Shown here piece after piece: positions 62,001 to 64,000 of a stretch of 64,000 nucleotides of DNA; the stretch's first letter is position 1, and every line of letters begins with the position of its first letter. The notes under the pieces are model-generated. The model worked only from the letters and a program-made list of their open reading frames with translations. It ran no database searches and was not told where the DNA came from. This DNA comes from Bugula neritina. Taxonomy: Eukaryota > Animalia > Bryozoa. The stretch is from positions 25,171,504 through 25,235,503 of the forward strand of contig OZ037765.1 of assembly GCA_964035545.1 (NCBI GenBank). The letters are read 5' to 3'. The position numbers and the translations under genes are program-made.

Positions 62001-63128
62001 AGTCACTTCCGATATCCTTCTTATTCTACCTGTTTATGTTGTGACGTGTTATGGGTTGGTGGAATTTTATAAGATCTTGCATTCAGTATGAGTAATATTT
62101 TACTGCTAGACGTCTCGAAATTATCAGTATGATGTCATTGGGCGTGACTTATAGATATGAAAGTATTGCATGTGGGGGTGGCATCAATATACGCCCTTTG
62201 TTATAACTTTCAAAGCTTATCAGTTTGTTATCATCAACATGCATTTTAATAAACAAACTTGTTGCACTCTCACATCTGTTGAAGGTCTCTATCCCTGTGG
62301 GTACCTGTGATAGTAAAAGTTGTGTCTCTCACCACGGCAGCATGCCAGATTTCCATTCATAATATCACCATTGGCCCTGCCATAGTTTGAACTTATGACC
62401 TTATCACATGTATATTATGTTAGCTCATAGCTCTAACCCCAAGTACATGAAATAATATAATTATTTATGCATAATAAGTTACATAAGATTATATATAATA
62501 TTGCAGGTGCTAAACAAAGTCCCCACGGTGAGTATTGAGAAAACCGATGGCTGCCAAGTGTATTTGTCTAAAGACTCTCTGGATACCAGCTTTATATCCG
62601 CCAAGTCTTCAGAGATGAATGTCGTAGTACCAAATGCTGATGGGGACTTTGTAAGTTTGTTATCTCAAGCCATGCCAGTATTAAATCGCCTTTCTAGTTA
62701 TTATATAGTCTCATTGTAGCAACTTGTTAAATCAAGTAGAAATTAGTAGATTGAAGTAAAGTAATAATCTTATTGTTTCATTTTTTCACAATTATTTTTT
62801 GTTATCTTTCAGAAATATTAATCATTGCTAACAGATCTTGAGTTTAAAGTTAAACTGAGTATTTTTATAAACATTTTTGCAATAATTTTCTTAATTTCCT
62901 AAATCTCTAGGATTTATTTTATAACTATAAACTTAATTTGAGTAAAAAAGTTTTGGGGGGGGGGAGTGAATAGTAGAGACAGCTATTGATAGTTGCTAAT
63001 CATTCAGCTTGTCATTGTATTCTATAGCTTTATGTGTTTTTTAGACTGAGTACGCTATTGCTGAGCAGTTCAAGTCCGTATTCAATGGAAAAACATTTAC
63101 TACTGAAGTGAACGATATCGCAGCTTGA
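56543..63128 (+). CDS. CAP1: Adenylyl cyclase-associated protein (CAP/Srv2), 12 constitutive coding exons, 474 aa
   Basis: Exons 56543-56651, 56790-56893, 57341-57421, 57670-57723, 58291-58380, 58549-58634, 58823-58928, 59266-59446, 60798-60976, 61700-61906, 62507-62650, 63045-63128 (1425 nt). RLE..RLE N-terminus, helical domain ([34 protein letters not shown]), polyproline P1, WH2 ([24 protein letters not shown]), CARP ([42 protein letters not shown]). Confidence 0.97.
58980..59045. repeat. (TA)n microsatellite, ~33 units
   Basis: Directly visible. Confidence 0.97.
59882..59926 (+). CDS. Candidate 45-nt alternative CAP exon duplicating the WH2 L(K/R)KVT segment
   Basis: cttgcag|gc ttg aga aaa gtt acc gat gac atg aag aca cac aaa aac cca g|gtatgg = (G)[14 protein letters not shown]; phase 1-1; paralogous to 60798-60842. 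Confidence 0.75.
61011..61182 (+). mobile_element. ~175 bp MITE-like element, family B copy 2
   Basis: gaggtaggtgcagtaatggagaaattgaga ... tctcaatttctcctttactgcttctaaatgg; homologous to 32173-32348. Confidence 0.8.
62280..62440 (-). mobile_element. tRNA-derived SINE, copy 3 (degraded)
   Basis: Reverse strand reads ggttagag..aggtcataagttcaaac..aatggtgat..ggtgagagacaca..ggtacccacagggatag, colinear with copies 1 and 2. Confidence 0.5.
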
Positions 63129-63602
63129 GATTCTAATTCTATGCCTTCTCTTCCATGATTACTTTTACAATGAAGTTTAACTAACTTTAGTTGTCAATAT
63201 TATATTAACAAAAACATAATTCAAATACATTTCTTTTGCATACCCAATCTCTGGTTAATAGACTAGTATCTGTTACTCTATTTCAAAGTAAAATATGTGT
63301 ATGCTCATTCTCAAATAAAATTAATGTCTTAAATCAGTCTATATCGACACTATTTATGTTATAATCTGTTGACATTTTGCATATTTTGTTACAAAATAAA
63401 ACATTATGCTTTATGTGATTTTAAAAATTATCTCTTCAGTTTTCTCTCTGAGCAAGTTTTAAGATAACATAATTATGTATTTTAATCATAAATGATATTA
63501 TCATTTTTACAATAACATTTTCTGTAAAGAATGATATAAGCCGCCAAAGATCATTGGACTTTATGGAAACAGACAGAGATCATAATTATGATTAAAACTT
63601 GT

Positions 63603-63806
63603 AGTACATGTCTCCCTCCAAATCTCACAAAGCTACAGTCTTGAAACCTCAATACATGCTATAGTAGAACACCAGATTTAGCTCACAGATCCGTTAAATT
63701 CGGCCATTTTGGCCCATGCACGGATACATTAGCCACAAAGTGGAGGTCCAAACCCTTCTCGGGACCTGTGGAATTTCTTGAGATACAGAGGAGACATTGT
63801 ACTAGG
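63603..63806. mobile_element. Possible old MITE with imperfect terminal inverted repeats
   Basis: tagtacatgtctccctc ... gaggagacattgtactag bracket a GC-richer 200-bp patch; single copy in the window. Confidence 0.35.
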
Positions 63807-64000
63807 TTCATCATTTTTTGTGTATAAGTAATTAAAATATGTTTAGCTAGTTTTTTCAGCATGAAGAATGTACATTATATATTAACAAACTCACAAAGAA
63901 GTGCAAGTTTCTTCCTTATTTTCAACCATTGATTGCTTTATGAAAGTTACAGCATAGTAATTAATATACTACTTCCTAGTCTTACATTGTAAGCTCCAGA

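Overview
AT-rich, intron-rich animal DNA, invertebrate-like; the taxon cannot be fixed from the sequence. Most ORF-track entries are exon fragments or repeat artefacts. Exons traced by hand from splice sites and phase give five genes: (1) the 3' part of an unidentified Pro/Glu/Tyr/Arg-rich gene (+, from before base 1 to about 3250), followed by coding-like sequence broken by stops; (2) an inversin-like ankyrin + IQ gene (+, 7394-19738, 20 coding exons, 971 aa); (3) a full villin/advillin (-, 20769-35784, 18 exons, 824 aa, one probable GC-AG intron); (4) a CTD small phosphatase of CTDSP/SCP type (-, 41232-52961, 9 exons, 303 aa); (5) cyclase-associated protein CAP (+, 56543-63128, 12 exons, 474 aa), head-to-head with CTDSP. 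Also present: two copies of a 0.7-0.8 kb TIR element, two copies of a ~175 bp MITE, at least three tRNA-derived SINE copies and many exon-adjacent minisatellites. Most notable: the CTDSP-then-villin order also found at all three human paralogous loci; a 30-bp x20 minisatellite made of copies of the inversin 5' splice site; a duplicated 45-nt CAP exon carrying a second WH2 L(K/R)KVT motif; candidate 9- and 15-nt villin microexons; 3/6-periodic degenerate tracts just inside three promoters, one containing a ~190 bp AT-rich palindrome. No prokaryotic-type system, CRISPR array, rRNA or intact tRNA was seen.
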